Origin: Botryllus schlosseri
Lineage: Eukaryota
DNA: 64,000 nucleotides
Direction: 5' to 3'
Assembly (NCBI GenBank): GCA_051294905.1
Contig: CM119378.1
Span: 8,308,001 to 8,372,000, forward strand
Positions 58,318-64,000 of the stretch are shown one piece after another (position 1 is the first letter of the stretch; every line of letters begins with the position of its first letter). The position numbers and the translations under genes are program-made. The notes below the pieces were generated by a model that was not told where the DNA came from, did not search any database, and worked only from the letters and a program-made list of their open reading frames with translations.

Positions 58318-59544
58318 CAACTCTACCGAAATGGCAAGAAATAATGATACAAGAAAGCATCAGTGCCACGAAGGACCCGAAGTTTCAGGTCTGAAATAGT
58401 GGTCATTGAGTAGCCTAATCTCACTGGTGTACTCTTCTACGGACGAGTCCAGAAGTCCTGATGACGGTCTGCGCTTTCTGTTCGAAGAATTCCACTAAAT
58501 AACTGAATAATCCCCAACTACTATCCCCATGTCTCGTGCAGACCATACAAAATCAGTTATGCATCATTTATTACCAGTTATCACAACATGTAAGAAACAG
58601 CATAAGGAATAACTGGATTTCAAAGTCGACTACAACATAAACTCTGGATTGTTCCAGCATATTGCACCATTTCCAGAGTGTCATTATGTCAGTTTTATTT
58701 ACACTCTACTCACGGGATTGCACAGTTGCCAAATGAGCAAGGAGCTAGTGCGAACACCATGCACAAACCAGTTGCATTCGTTGCCTACAAGACATGCAAT
58801 ATTTTGAAACTTAGATCACAATAACGACCGATTTGTCACACCACTTTGGAAGTAGCGCACTTATTCAAAACTGAGTCTACCACTGATGACCAGCAACAGA
58901 AAAACACAGCACAGATACACATCGCATGGACCGGACATTTCCTTAGCTGCTTCCAGCACAAAACGCGATCTACGTTACAGAATCTAAAGTAATCAGCAGC
59001 GACAAAAATTTGCAAGATAAATTTACAATATGAAAGAAAGGAACTTGAAACCAATTCAAAAACAGAATATCACAAAAAATACCAAACACATACTAACTTT
59101 TGCTGGACAACGAAAACATGCCAAACGCAGTTACATTTTCGGAAACGCAACAGTCCACACACCATACAACTTACGGCCCACACATGCAACAGTGATAAAA
59201 TCGGCGATATTGCAATATTATTACGTTCTTTTTCCCCCCAAAAAAAACAATTTTGCAGTACAGTGTTCACTTGAACAGGAGATTTTTCGATTTTAACGGT
59301 ATCTTTGTATCTCTAATCGAAACAGCGATCGTCAATTTCTGTACAGAGAGGAACGCAGAACAGACCGTGTACTAGAAACCGAAGCCCGTATTATCGTCAA
59401 CTACAGTACAACGTAAGTATTTATACTGAGAAGACAACCCCTTGCTTCACATGCTTTGTTACCAAGCAAGCGGCGCATAGCTACTCCCCGCGATTGTGTC
59501 GTCTGCCCGACTACACACGTCGCGGTTGCTCTTTTCTCGGACGC

Positions 59545-63259
<3,715 letters not shown>

Positions 63260-64000
63260 CGTGCACCATTAAATTAACCCATCTGTCATCAAAATTCATA
63301 TCATCGAATTCAATATTTCAAATCTTCATCATCGAATTCAATATTTCAATTCTTCACCTTATCAAATTTTGTAATTTCCATAAAAGAACTAATCTCTCTA
63401 ACACGACTACAAGCAGAATTTACAAGCCTTCCATAGAAATGTTCGCCATCGCAAACCAATCAACGTACACATTCCCAATGAACATAGATACTGATTGATA
63501 CACATACACTAGTTAATATGACAACGGAAGTTGTGTTAGAGGCACTTGAAACCTTTTAAACGGCACTCGACTACCCATTTCATCACTGAAATCAGCCTGC
63601 CTAGAGGTGGATAGAACCAGACTGGGACGCGAGGCACAAGTGTCATGGGAACTGCGTTAACATGCAGTGATTTCAAGGTCGCTATAAAATGTAGCATAAT
63701 TGTCACGGATGATGGATGAAATATTGATAGTGCTGAGCAACATTCATGGGTACGCCAGCATTCTGGCGACAATGGAGCAGAACTTCAGTGAAATGTTTCA
63801 TTGCTGAAAATTCTCCCGGCCTTGAATTACTGTCATGGTGAAGTGTTTGGCTTGTTGTTATTTGATAAAAGTAAAACTTATTTTGATCTCAGAAGTGGGT
63901 ACGGGGAATTCCTAATGCACCACTCTTCACACACTGCTAACTTTTGATAGACGAATCGGCTGGGGTCAGAGATGCAAACTATATATGGTGATCGTTATCA

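Noticed and set aside
63290-63350. 27-bp tandem repeat upstream of the short-isoform ATG as an ISRE-like element
   Set aside because: It does not fit GAAANNGAAA spacing; treated as simple slippage duplication.
63536-63772. Possible upstream OXR1/NCOA7 exon ending ...MKW|GT
   Set aside because: A phase-0 donor exists but it is weak (GTAGTC) and the peptide shows no family similarity; unsupported without RNA data.

Overview
AT-rich eukaryotic genomic DNA with GT-AG introns, several only 58-71 nt long. Multi-exon connexins plus one OXR1/NCOA7-like and one FBXO5/43-like gene suggest an ascidian tunicate; this is inference, not a database result. Five host genes could be reconstructed by hand with consistent splice phases. 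Two are tandem, intact, 9-coding-exon connexin paralogues on the minus strand: A (1095-21354, 379 aa) and B (26877-39594, 375 aa). The others are an intronless GLT1D1-like glycosyltransferase (+), an Emi1/Emi2 (FBXO5/FBXO43)-like APC/C inhibitor (-), and the TLDc-domain 3' part of an OXR1/NCOA7-like gene with a probable short-isoform first exon (-). The most striking accessory feature is an ~11.8-kb TIR-bounded element (9205-21020) inserted into a (TA)n tract in intron 2 of connexin A; paralogue B preserves the empty site. The element carries a spliced plus-strand gene with the zinc-finger N-terminus and C-terminal domain I associate with CryptonV/H-like tyrosine-recombinase transposons, but the catalytic middle is deleted. 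The rest of the window is dense with hAT-type MITEs (many with exact 8-bp TSDs, some nested), tRNA-derived SINEs, LINE 3' fragments, a 1.2-kb foldback and a 40-bp perfect palindrome present twice. Most ORFs in the supplied track are spurious or are intron read-throughs of real exons. No database searches or alignments were run; family names rest on motif recognition.
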